From Bigelowiella natans CCMP2755 (taxonomy: Eukaryota > Protista > Cercozoa), in assembly GCA_000320545.1 (NCBI GenBank), contig ADNK01002741.1, positions 1 to 64,000 of the forward strand: 64,000 nucleotides of DNA. Direction: 5' to 3'. Of the stretch, positions 27,780 to 40,300 are shown piece after piece. Below the pieces are notes generated by a model, which did not search any database, had not been told where the DNA came from, and saw only the letters and a list, made by a program, of their open reading frames with translations. The first letter of the stretch is position 1, and every line of letters begins with the position of its first letter. The position numbers were made by a program, and so were the translations under genes.

Positions 27780-28830
27780 CTAGGTAGGAATGCCCCTGCA
27801 ATGCTCCAAAGGGGCACATGCATCAAATGAGGTTGGCTTTGCACAACGAATCAGAGACTGCAAGCGCAGACGTGCTGCCATACTGGCATGTTGGGATGAT
27901 GTACGCATGCCAACATTCATGCTCACACCTGATGGCCTGCGCACACGAAAAACGCGCGCGTGCCACGCAAAGTCTAGCAGTGGATCATCAAGCGCATTTC
28001 CATGTTTTCTGTTGATGACCAATTGCAAATCATGCAAACCGCCAAGCTAGCAAGTCTGAAACGCAAAACGACATGATGCGAGATCTCCTTCCATTGATAT
28101 TTCCACCTTGCTAGCTTGCTGTTGTCATGATCATTGTCGTCATCGAGCACAATTGATTGCATCAAGCTAGCAAGACCACGCTGTGTTGTGTCTAGCTAGT
28201 GGCTAGCTAGCAAGGCGAACACAGCCATCAGTGTGCGATGCGCGTGATCGAGGCACACGCGCACGTGCGCATTGTCATGCGCAGCATCGCATGCAGTTCC
28301 AATCTGGCAATGCTCACACTGCTCATTCGATTCCTGTCACTGGCGCTTCTGAAACGCACAGCCACCTGACCAGTCTTTGACCACAGCTAGCTAGACAGGT
28401 CAGCTGCTAGAGCCAGCCAGCCTAGCAGCAGGCAACACCAGACAGTGAACAACCATTGCCACTGTGGACACAGTGTGTGTGATGGTTGCACAGAAGTCGC
28501 GCGCCCACGCGCTGGCGCGGTCTTGCTAGCTTGTCAACTTGGTCAAAGCATGGCCAGGCTCAACCAGTCCTCTGAACTAGAATTACACTTTCTGGCTTTC
28601 TTGGGGCAGATGACTGCGTTGTGAAGTCACAATGAACCCCTTGGAGAAGGTTCACGGCCAATGTTCACGGTCCATCCCAGAACGAAATGGACCAGCTCCA
28701 GAGCTTTGCACTGCCGCAGGCATGGCATGATTCGAGATGAGTGAACTTCGCCAGTCATGCCTGTCTGAGCACACTCGCAATGCTAGAGTGCGTTCTTTTG
28801 TTCGATTTGTGCGGGGCCGGCGCATAGCGC
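27780..28830. other. TpA-depleted, CTAG-rich intergenic block
   Basis: Hand count for 27961-28800: 17 TpA, 15 of them in CTAG; CATG, TGCA and GCGC are abundant. Confidence 0.75.
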
Positions 28831-29060
28831 ACAGCCCCTCTACCAAAAATTGTGCAGTGTGAGGCCGGCGTAGCCGACTCCACTAGGAGGTTGTAGCCCC
28901 GGCGTGCAATGGGGTACTAGCTCCTACCAGCCGGGCCTGAGTGATCACCCGCGATACTTCCTAGAAATACTGGCCTGCCAGGTAAGTGATTACAGGAAGT
29001 CTCTCCGATGCGGAGGAGCCACATTTGATTCGTTGTTCACAAACTTCCAGGCCCTATCGA
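28740..29060 (+). mobile_element. Possible degenerate tyrosine-recombinase (DIRS-like) element fragment
   Basis: Broken frames give LRQSCLSEHTRN..RSFVRFVRG, EAGVADSTRR and DYRKSLRCGGAT (28997-29023). These resemble the YR N-terminal STRRxY segment and the HSLRxGGAT box. No terminal repeats were found. Confidence 0.35.
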
Positions 29061-29516
29061 AATTCGATTCTGACTACTGCGGCTCTGCACTCTCTTTTGC
29101 CCGATCCGGCAACATTTAGTCCTTAAAACTTCTTGCTTAATGTGATGATGATGAGCCCCGGTAATTACTTGTTATCCAGATTGTTTTACTATTTGATGTG
29201 GAAAATGCTGCAAATATCCGAGAGAACTACCACATAATGTGATATTAAAAAGTCTTCTTCTGTCCATGTTTTTAAATCGAAAGAACGAACGACACGTCCT
29301 TTCTTCCCGCGTGCCCTAGCATGGAAGCCAGATGAACACACAATCCATGGAACGCCCTTTAGAAGGCCCCTTTAATCTGCGCATTTGCGAGCTGTAGCGT
29401 TTAGGTGTAGAGAATGGCCTGACAAGTAAAACGGTACTTGGAACGTACTACTTCGCTGGATACTCGCCATTCGACGATCGCGTTTTGGACGTGCTGCCTC
29501 TTCGGAACGTAGCTCG

Positions 29517-31643
29517 ATGGTTCAACATGCGCCCATCGCGATCTTCTACCTGGCTCTTATGATTGGTATTCGTCTAAGCATCGAATTTCTTTTATCCAAC
29601 TCTCGCTGAATTGGCGCATTGTATTCCGAAAGGGGGCACAGGGTCCCATGCGTCTGCAGAAGAGAGCACAAGCAGGAAAAACTCTCCAAAGTTTGCGAAT
29701 GGGCGGTATGTGAAACTACACCTGGGCGATCCTTGGCTGTGCATTGGGCTAATTCAAGTGAGTTAAACATAGACAGTGTTGGTATCGTATTGAAATGAGT
29801 ACCGGCAAGATAAGATAAGAGTTGCTTTCGATTCTTCTTCATGCTTAGATTGTCGTATGCGCAGCTGCAACTTTAACTTTAAAATACCTTTCCCCCCCAG
29901 ATTCTTGGCAAGCAGAATGTGATCCTTCCAGCAAAACCAATCAATCACACGTACATTCGCTTTTTAAAATGCATGCCCATGATGATTTCGGCAGCTCACA
30001 CATCTTTTCAATTGAAAAACACACACACACACACAAATACACACACACCGCACACGCGAGAGTCCGTATGTGTACAGAGATATCAGCATAAAATCACATA
30101 AATAATAGGACGGAGTACTTTTTCATGGGAACACCGAACACGGTCATCGACCCAAGCCCTGCAACGTGTTTCATCGCAACTTCTTTTCGTGATCAAGAGC
30201 GAGGTGGGTGAATCGTCACGTATATTTCCCACAAATGTAGTGATCTTAGCCATTTTAATTCGGCAAAAATGAATTATGGTACAGGCCAATCCATTACGCT
30301 CGATCTCGGCAATGACTACGACATCCATCACATCATCATTTCCAACCAGGTGCTTAGCGCAGCTTAAACACGACTTACTACTTGATGTTTCATAATCCAT
30401 ATTATGTTAGCTAGTTCAGAATGCAGTTTGTTTTTCCTCGATAGAGCCCAGGCTGCATAATGTGAACACAGCCCGCACTCCATTAAAATGCCAAAATTGA
30501 CTCACACTCTCCCCTCCCCCCTTCTTTCCGCGTTTCCTTTCCCCCCCTCCTGTCCTATACAAAAGGCTTGCGAGTGCGATAAGTTTGATCGAATTTCAAT
30601 ATGGGTCGCTCCCTCGATGGACTTAGCCGATACTGACGGGGAGGGCCAAAGCGCCTTCGGAACCCTGGAGCAGCGGGCAAGAGGGGGGGGGGATAACATC
30701 GGGGAAAGCAACGACAATAATAAACGGTAACACATCGTCTCATTGCCTCCTCACAATTTGCGCCGAGTAATAGCTTCACATAGAACTCGTTTTATCCCCC
30801 CCCCCGACTTCCCCCCCCAAAATCATAGGGATGCTCTCGCAAGCTTAGCGTTTGAGCTGGTAGTAGAGGGGCACCTGGTTCAAGAGCATGAGTTTATAGT
30901 CAACTTCGCTCCCACGCATCTGGAGGACCTTTGTACCATAGGATCACTGAGAGGTAGGTCGATTTATGATGACGATGACGACGACGATGACGACGACGGT
31001 ATTGAGTGAATATGTATATCATGTATACTACGCCTCTGCATGAATCGCGAATGATCTTTTTGCCATGTTGTTCCTCCCCTAGGCCCTTCATGCTACATCT
31101 ATATGAAAACTGTGCATATGGGAAATGCAGCAGAACTGAACTCAAAAGGTAGAAGTAAGGCGAGCTGTTTTCTTCGGTTTTTGGCAGCCTGGGAGGATTG
31201 TCTCTCGGCCTCTCCAAACGTTTATCCGTGTTATGTGTTAGACTTTGATTCCTATTTAACTTACCTTCATCATGTGCGTTTTCGTTAAGCCGGATCTGCA
31301 GTGTTGTATAGACAGCCGCAGCGCAATCGTTGATGTGGCCGTTGGTGGCACGATTTATTCATGCTTCTCAGGATCGATATTTCTCGTGAATTCGACGGTG
31401 ATTGTCTCTTCGGAGAATGGCGTTCAACCGCTATCTCTCACAGGTGAGGGTCAGATATTATGTGGACTCGTTGAAGCCTTTCCTCCCAAACTCACGGGCA
31501 CTCCGTAAGAGAAGGCCGATGTCTAAACCGACTGTTTCGCTTTTCCTCCTGTGCGTTGTCTTTCGTGGTAGCTGTCCAAGACATTCACCTAGAGATGCAT
31601 TCGAGAATAATATCGGCGGGAAGGTTGGTTGTTTGGCGAATCA

Positions 31644-31691
<48 letters not shown>

Positions 31692-33698
31692 CTCTCTCGC
31701 ATAACGATCGGTAGCAAGGAGTTGCTGCTACCTCTAGCGAATTAATCGTCGCCGTCAATGACCATCCCCAACCCTGCTGCTCTATTTAGCGTGAGCTTCT
31801 CCAGCCAGATGTTATTCGTGTCGTCGGGGTCCACTGTAAATGCGCACACAGTGAGCGTAGATGTGAAGGAGCTTCATCTTGTCGCGGGATCTATAGTTGC
31901 CACTAGACGGTGATTTGTAGAAGTTGGAGAGAGCAAGGGAGGGAGGGAGGGAGAGAGAGAGAGAGAGAGAGAGAGAAGAGAGAGGCCTTGGAGTGACACA
32001 GATTGTGGTAACTTCCTCCGGCGCCTAAGATATCATCATCATCATCATCATCATCATCATTATCATCATCATCATCGATTACTTTCACCATTAAATTACA
32101 GAGCATTCCCTCCGAGGGGAAACACATTCGAGCCGCTACCTCCCCACATCACCAACCACCTCAATAATCGGCAGCAGCGGCAGCAGAAAACTATGGCCGC
32201 TCAGCCCCATCTTGACGCCAACCGTGCTACCCCTGCCAGGGATCCTACCACCTCCCCGAAGAAATCAGAAACCTCTAGACAGAAGGCCGAAGAAAGCATC
32301 ATTGAAGACGACATCGGCCGGAGTATGGAACAAGACGCCCCCTTACCATCGATCCTTGCGCCGTGCGGGGATGGAGAAGACTGCACCACGCGCAGTAGCA
32401 GCAGTGCTATGAGAAACGAGAGCAGCAGCCGCAACGACGACGGAGGACCCCATGGCGATGGTGATGAGGAGGATGGCCAGACAGCGAGAGGTGAGGATAA
32501 GTCCAAGCTCGGCGATGCAGCAAGTGACAGAAACCTGCAACCGGAAGAAGGTGGTGGTGGAGGAGGAGGAGGAGGAGGAGGAGGAGGAGGAGGGCGCGCT
32601 CGCGACAGTGATGCTAAGAGTGGTGATGACGACGCTCGAGATAACGAGTCTCTGCTGCCCCCGCCCTCCTCTTCTCCACCATCAAATCCTCCTCTTCCTC
32701 TTCCTCCCTCCCCCTCCCCCTCCCCTCCTTCTCTTGACCCCGAAATGGAGGCGAATGACGACGAGGAGTGGCTGGCATACACATTAGAGATTAAGGCGCA
32801 ATTCGTGCAAATCAACGCGATGGCAAGGGTTATTGGAAGCGCCATCTATATCCAGGTTGTGCATGCCAATTACATAGAAAGAGCTGGTATGAAAGACGAA
32901 GAATATGCATTTTGGGGAGGAGGCGGAGAGAGGGGGGGGGGGAGACTTCGCAGATCTCTTCCCATCATCATCATCACCATCATCACCATCATCATCATTT
33001 CCCCGCACAAGTGGTCGCTGATGCTGTTACGCTACATGAAATCAATGAAAGGCTGAGGACTTGAGCATCGAAGGCGTTGTGAACGCCAGCGGGATGGGGT
33101 ATACACCAGATACGGGTCCAGGGAAGGGACATTGCGGTTAGTACCTGCGTACATATATCCCGACCTCTACTATTTTGTACCTGTCTATGTTTCACGGTCT
33201 CTACTACTATTTTTAGTTTCTCTAAGTATGTGTTATGTGTGCTTGCGCATTCGAACGTTTGCGACGAGTATAGTTATCAATGCCTAGCCCCCCCCCGCCC
33301 CTCCCCCCCGCCCCCCTTCCCGGATACCCCGAATTTCGACCCTCCATTATTCAGACTTATCTGGAAGAATACCTTGCGGGGGTGGGGGCAACGGCGGAGT
33401 TGGAGGCGATGGCAGGTCATGATGATGAGCTCTGATGGACGACGAATAATTGCGCTTTTTGCAGCATCGATGCCGACTCTCTCACTGCTGCCTACTACTA
33501 CTTCTAACACTACTACTACTACGACTCCTCCTCTTTGTCCCACTCGCACGCATTCAGGCATTCGAAATCCGCACACATCAGTACTGGCGGCCTTGCGTAT
33601 CAGCAACTGCGATTGTTCCGTGAGCAGCAGCAGCAGCAGCAGGACGACTCGAATACCGATGGTCACCGCTCGAGGTACTTCAGCTTCTTCTACTACTG

Positions 33699-33741
<43 letters not shown>

Positions 33742-33962
33742 GGCATGTGTGGGGGGGGGGGTTTGGGGATCCATCTCTTCGTTTATTCACCTATCAATGT
33801 CACATTGTATATAGAAGCACTATCTCACTAATATCACCGCTATGAGCGTTGTCGTCATCATCATGATCGTCATCATCATCATCATCGTGTGTCTTGTTGC
33901 TCGAAGGATTGCGAGGCTGGGTGGTAGTGGGGGCGGGGGATCATTGCAGTCGCTGCTCAAGG

Positions 33963-34002
<40 letters not shown>

Positions 34003-36213
34003 ACTCCGCAAATCCACGTCGGAGAGATGAAGAAAAACAAACGGCATCTTTTTCACTCTTCTACATTTCTTACCTGCCCCCAGGCGGCGACGTTCGGGGC
34101 TGACATCGTAGCAAGCTACATCTTCTCCTCACCTGTTCCAGAGGCACCCTTGCTCGCCAGGGAAGGAGGGGGCGGGGAGAGAGAGGCGATCTCCACTCAC
34201 AAAGACATTGACGACGTGGACGTCGAGCACCGGCCGCCATTTACCTCTCCGAGTGGCGATGATGCGAGAGAGGGCAACAGCGACGGTGAAGAACGGAAAT
34301 ATGCTGTGCCAAACACTGACGATGCGCCCGCATCTTCATCGTCATCACCGGCTTCCTCTTCCTCTTCCTCATCCTCTTCGCAGCTGCTGCCAAAGCATGA
34401 TCCAATGGCATTGTCTTCGTCAGAACTATTAGAGCCGCATCGTCAAGGGCGGGGCAGGGGTGGTGCGGTTGCGGAGGGGGGGGAGATGGTGACGGCAGCC
34501 TCCTCCTCACGGGCTGCCCTCTCCAAGCTACTCAACGAGAGTGACGCTCTGTCGGCCCACTTGCAGTGCTTTCAGAACCAAGATGAGCGGGTAGCGAATT
34601 ATCATCCAACGGGGCCCTTTCCCCCTAGGGCAGTGTACTGTCAGTGACGCTAGCACCCCGGCCATTATTCTCATTATCCTCTGCCCCCTTTCCATTTCGC
34701 CCCACTTCCTATGTGTTTGTTATTGTTGTTGTTGTTCTTTTTTTTTTCTTTTTACGATATCCTCCCACTGCAGTGCTTCGACCGCAGTGACTACCCGGGT
34801 GCTGGTGGGGGACTTATCATCATGCAAGTATACTGTTTCTTTCCTCCCCCCCCCCCCCTCTATGTGTGTGTGTGTGTGTGCGCGCGCGCGCGCGTGAATC
34901 CGTTGGATGTGCATGAATAAGGCGGGGGGTTGGTGTTATGTGGGATGGAAAGTAGGGTTATTGCCCCGCTCTTGCCTCTTCTGATATCAACACCATCCAA
35001 CGACACCGAATACGCTGATGAGAGGTCATTCCTAATCGCCTTTATCTCTATCTTCCAGGTCACAAAACGGCTTCGAGTGTGGGGTGATGCGATCTTGTGT
35101 GCGAACGGAAACAGAGGCTTTTACGGCACAAACGACACGCAGCTGCCCCCCCCCACTCCCCCCCCCCTCTAAGTCTTTCCGGCTGGTGAGAAACGACTCT
35201 TCGTCGATGAAGTCCTCCCGATGGTATCATAATGCGCCGTACATATGGGGGAGGGGCAATCAGGAAGAGGCAGAAGAAACGGAGTCGCTATCTTCGTTTT
35301 TTGTGAAACACGGCGTGGGCCTAGAAAAGGGGCAAAGTGAGGGGGGGGAGATGGCCGAACATGGTCTCCACGACGCTGCAGATCTTCAGCATGCTGCTGG
35401 TATGATCAATTAGCGAAATCCTCACAACACATTAATCGCGAGCATTGTTTCTCATTTCTTGCCGACCTCCCCCCCCCCCCCCCCTCTGACTAGGGCACAA
35501 CGACTACGATTCGGCGGAATTCGCTCAGACGGAGACCCAGGCAGGGGGTGGGGAAGGTCAAATGATCGATGAAAACTCTGAAACAGCCTCGAAAGGGGGC
35601 GCTGGGAGCGACCCTGCTCACAACGGCAGAGGTAAGAATTGGCCCGATGGCATTACTGACAACGACGAAGAGGGAACGTCCTTCTCGGAGAAAAGCGTTG
35701 AGGGTCGCAGCAGAATCTCTTCGCGCCCTCGACAAGCCCCTGCAGGCTATCTGCCTCCTCAAGGAGGCGGCGCGGGGGGTACCATCATTCTCAAGCTAAA
35801 GGAAGATGCGTACGTGACTGGAAATGGTGTTATTGAGTGCCACGGAGGAGATGGCGGGATGGGCGGCGGCGGAGGAGGAGGAGGGGGTAAATAAATGCTA
35901 CTGATGCATGAACATGGGAGATTTTAGGGTTGGACAAAACGCGCGCGTCTTTCTCTTTCCTACAGCCGAAAAGCAAGCGAGCACGCGAGCGGATTTCGCT
36001 CTAATTGCTTTTGTTCGTCGTGGCGTTTTGTTTGTTGTTTGGTTGTAGGAATCGTTGCTTTGGAGAGGCAGCGAGGGCTGCCGAACCTGCGAGACAGCTT
36101 CTCAGGTAGGAAAAGGAGGAGGAAGAAGAGGAGGAGGAGGAGGAGGGGAGCATAGCACAACATCCGTGCAACCGAATTTTACTTATTCACGTGTGGAAGA
36201 GTATAAATATCTC

Positions 36214-36253
<40 letters not shown>

Positions 36254-36337
36254 TAAAGGAATTGAAAGCTTCTTAAGTTTCGCGTGCCTATTTGCCCTCG
36301 TGCCGTGTATACACACATACTATATATGTGCATACTG

Positions 36338-36387
<50 letters not shown>

Positions 36388-36509
36388 ATATGATAAAGTT
36401 GAATCAAATAGACAGATCTGTCCATATCCCCACCCCCTTCTATTCTCTGTTCTACCCTCTAGGAATAGTGTCCACGTATCCAGGGTTCGGTGGCGGTCAG
36501 GTATTGCGC

Positions 36510-36546
<37 letters not shown>

Positions 36547-37146
36547 TATATTATATTATATATTGATATGTGTGTATAATATAAATAATATTCCAACACG
36601 CTACTAAGAGTAAAAGAGAGCTGAGAAAGGCGTTAGATACTTTGCCGACGCCCGCCCCCCCCCCCTCAACAAGGGATTCGGCAAGTTATAATGCGTATTC
36701 GGCGTTTATTACTCTTCTTCCTTAGGGCCTGGGGCTGGATGGAAACGAAGGGTTACGTGTGCACGAGCCGCCGTGTGAGGCCGGTCATTGGCGCCACCAG
36801 ATTGTATGCAAACCGTGCGGGCCTCCACCGAAGAACTCGCACTACATCGAAGGTCACTGCTGCGTGTGTGCGTGTACTAAACGTTGTCGTGGCGGCGGCA
36901 GTAGTGATTCTCATAGCGCACTCACAGCCGCCCCAGGCCAATCTTGGACACCGGGCATTTGGTTTTTCTCCCTTGCTAGCTTGACCGTTTTCCCCTTGGC
37001 ATTGCAATGCGAATAAATACCGCTGAGCTTTGCGGCTGGGACAACGAAACGCGGAGCAGCGCGAATTCGGTGTGGAAAGTTGTTTAGCGAGAGTCTCCTG
37101 AGATGAAGCTCGAAAGCACAATACGTTTCCAATCATTGTTCCTTTT

Positions 37147-37187
<41 letters not shown>

Positions 37188-37353
37188 CTTGTACCTGTGG
37201 TAGGAGATGGTTGCCAGTATCAGTGTGACCCGGGATTTGTCCTCGCGACAGACGATACAGGACAGGAGTTCTGCGACAAGTTAATGTCACTTACTTCTCT
37301 CATCGCAAAATTCGGTGAGTCAGATGGAGGCTATAAATTATAATATATAAACA

Positions 37354-37388
<35 letters not shown>

Positions 37389-40300
37389 TTGAGGAAAGGC
37401 AAGAGAATAGAGGCGATTAGAAAAGAGAGGGAGAAATAGATGATTATTCGTCTTTATTAATTTGTTGATTATTTATTCATATATCTTATCAAGGCGGGCC
37501 CGTCTTCTTCAGTCTTTCTGTATTCGGCATTAGTGCTGCAATAGCAGCGCCATTCGTCTGGTTGTTTCATAATAAATGGATATTAATACTATACCTTAAT
37601 ATGGATTTGGCAGTCTTAGAGACTTGCAGCATGAGTTTTGATGACGTCTGGAGTTTTCCCAATCCGAGTCGATAGATGTATAGTCGCAGATCGACCCAGC
37701 ATGCAATTTAGCCCTTTCCACTGGACTTTCTATTATGTTTCATGACTCCGAGCATCACGCAATGAAATTGTGGCGTATTCATCCAAGGTTTTACTACCGT
37801 TTCGAGGAGCATGAGCGCGAATTGACGCCGATGTACATGTCCCGTGCCAACCGCCACAATTTCCGGGCCATACGGCAGTTGCGTATGTATGGTGAAGGAC
37901 AAGGTCTGAACGACACATTTTAGCACAGAAATGCACGTATACAACACACACACACACGCGCGCGCACATATGAGTTTGTTGTAATATCATCTTTGATCGT
38001 CGATAGGCGGGGAGGGCGGCGGATCTTCTGGAAACGGCAACAGCAGCGATATCACATGGCCGCGTCTTTCGCTGCTGCACTCGGAGCTCAAGTACCACCT
38101 CCACCGCGTCTACCTCACGGGCTTTAACACCTTCAGCGAGCCCCTCACGCTGCTCTTCGAAAACGGGGATGGCCAGGTGGTATTTGACAACTGAGTTCCA
38201 AAAAAACACGGGGGGGACACAATGGAGTTGTGGAGGAGATGTAATTAGTTGGGTGCACTTGTTGCGGAGAGCTTATTATCAGCCATGCCATACCACGCGG
38301 TTGTCTTTGCCTGCCTCGGGGACACTCTCAATACACATAACAACACTCTTGTGCGCGTGTGTCTTCATGTTGATCAGGAGGACCTCCTTCCCTCCACGCT
38401 TGGGCCGGCGTTCGTGCTAATCTTTCCGAGGAGGTTCCGGACGTTTGCAAAGAGACTCAATGCGGCGCTGCGGCTGGCGCTGTGGGAGAAGGTCCTCTAC
38501 CACCTTCTCGTGGTTCTGTACTTCCCGCTGGCCAAGTGGTTCGTCTCGCGCCGCCGCCAGTACCGCATCCGACGCGCCCAGGCGTTCATGCACAGCTATG
38601 ACCACGACTTCTTCAAGTCCTCCACCCAGAGAAACATGTGCAACTCCCTTCGATTCGGGTAGTAGTAGTAGTAGTAGTAGTAGTACACAACGCTGCTGAG
38701 GGGCTGGGGCATTCGTTACGTGCTGCCTTGCCCGATGAGTTTTTTCCATGCGTGGATGGAATGTATGGGGGGATAATGGGGTCCTTGTATTCAAACGCAA
38801 GCATACACTCGCGCGCGCGCGCGCGCACACACACACACACACAGGGGGGGGGGTGGGTTGGAAGGGAGAGAGAGGGGTGGGAAAGGGGGGGGGTTAACGA
38901 AATTCAAAGGTGGAAAAGAGAGAAAGATTGTATATACGCCTGTCCACAAAACTAGTCGTTCATCGATCGTCGTGATAGATGTTAAGTACTATTCTTTCCT
39001 CGGCCCTCTTACGCCGCTCTAATGCATGCATGCATACACACGCACGTGCGACCTCTCTCTTCCCAGCTACTCGCGATGCTCAACCCTGGCCTGGATTGAC
39101 ATCCTGGTGTTCGACCGGGTTGTGAGCGAGAGCAGGCGACTACGACTGGGCCCCAGAATGCCTTTCGCCCTCCTTTGCTCTGGGAGAGGCACTTACGAAT
39201 GCCCTTTTCATCTTGAGGTAGGTGTACTGCTGCTGCTGCTACTGCTGCTGCTGATGATGATGATAATGATGATGATGATGATGAGTGGTTTTCTCCACCC
39301 ATCTCTTCGACGAGGAGGAGAATGGCGGGCCGCTTGCTGCGGCTCTGTGGTCGTCGGTGTTTACATCGATTGCCGAGAAGCTCTACAGATGCATATAACA
39401 CCTTGTGGACGATACGTTGATGTTTCGAATTTCAAACGCTTACAGTGCTGGTATCGCCCTCCTCCGCGTCTTATGTAGATATTCTGCGCAATTCTATAGG
39501 TGGAAGACTCCATGGTACGCAAAGCCGGAGAGGTGTTTGGGTCTGCTTGGGGCATCTTCCTCGTGCACATAAATCAATACCTGCGAACTATCTCGCAAGC
39601 TGATATCGAGTTGCTGCATAGCATGCTGGTATGCAGAGGGAAATAGAGAGAGAGAGGGAGAGAGGGAGAGAGAGAGTATAGGGCATTGTTGTTTTTGGTA
39701 TTTTTGCATAAACATGTCCGGTGTGGTTTCTCACTCTTCTTCTTCTTTTGTCTCTTCCCTTCCCGCTCCTTTCCCTTCCTCTTCGCCTTTTGAAATATAT
39801 TCCCCCCCGTTTGTTGGCGCGAGGGTCTCTCTCGTGATGAGCTCTGACATGTTTGCATATGTGTTACGAATCTGCCATGCGAAGGTGGCTTCTCAGTCTC
39901 CGCCATCCTCGAGGAATGGAAATGGTGACGTATTCTACGAGACAACCCCCGTGGACGGCAGTGCCCCAGCACAGAGCGGCGTCGAGCAAAAGCCCGCTAG
40001 CGTTGTGTATCTTCGCAATCCTCAGAATCTGTTTCAAGACCCGAATACTAACAGCAGCCGCTCATTTGCAGCAGCCCCAAATAATGACAGCAAAACGGCA
40101 AAGGGCCCAACGCGCGCTCGAAGGTTTGTTCGCAACTAGATGTTTTTCGCAATACACATGTGTCGGTTTGGAATTTCAGTCGGTGGTCATGGATACGTCG
40201 ATAGCTGCCCGTCGCTGATCATAAAATCCAACGACAAAACCAACGCAGGCACATCTCAGACGAGCATTTATCGCGCGGACGCGTGCAGGGACGAAAACTC

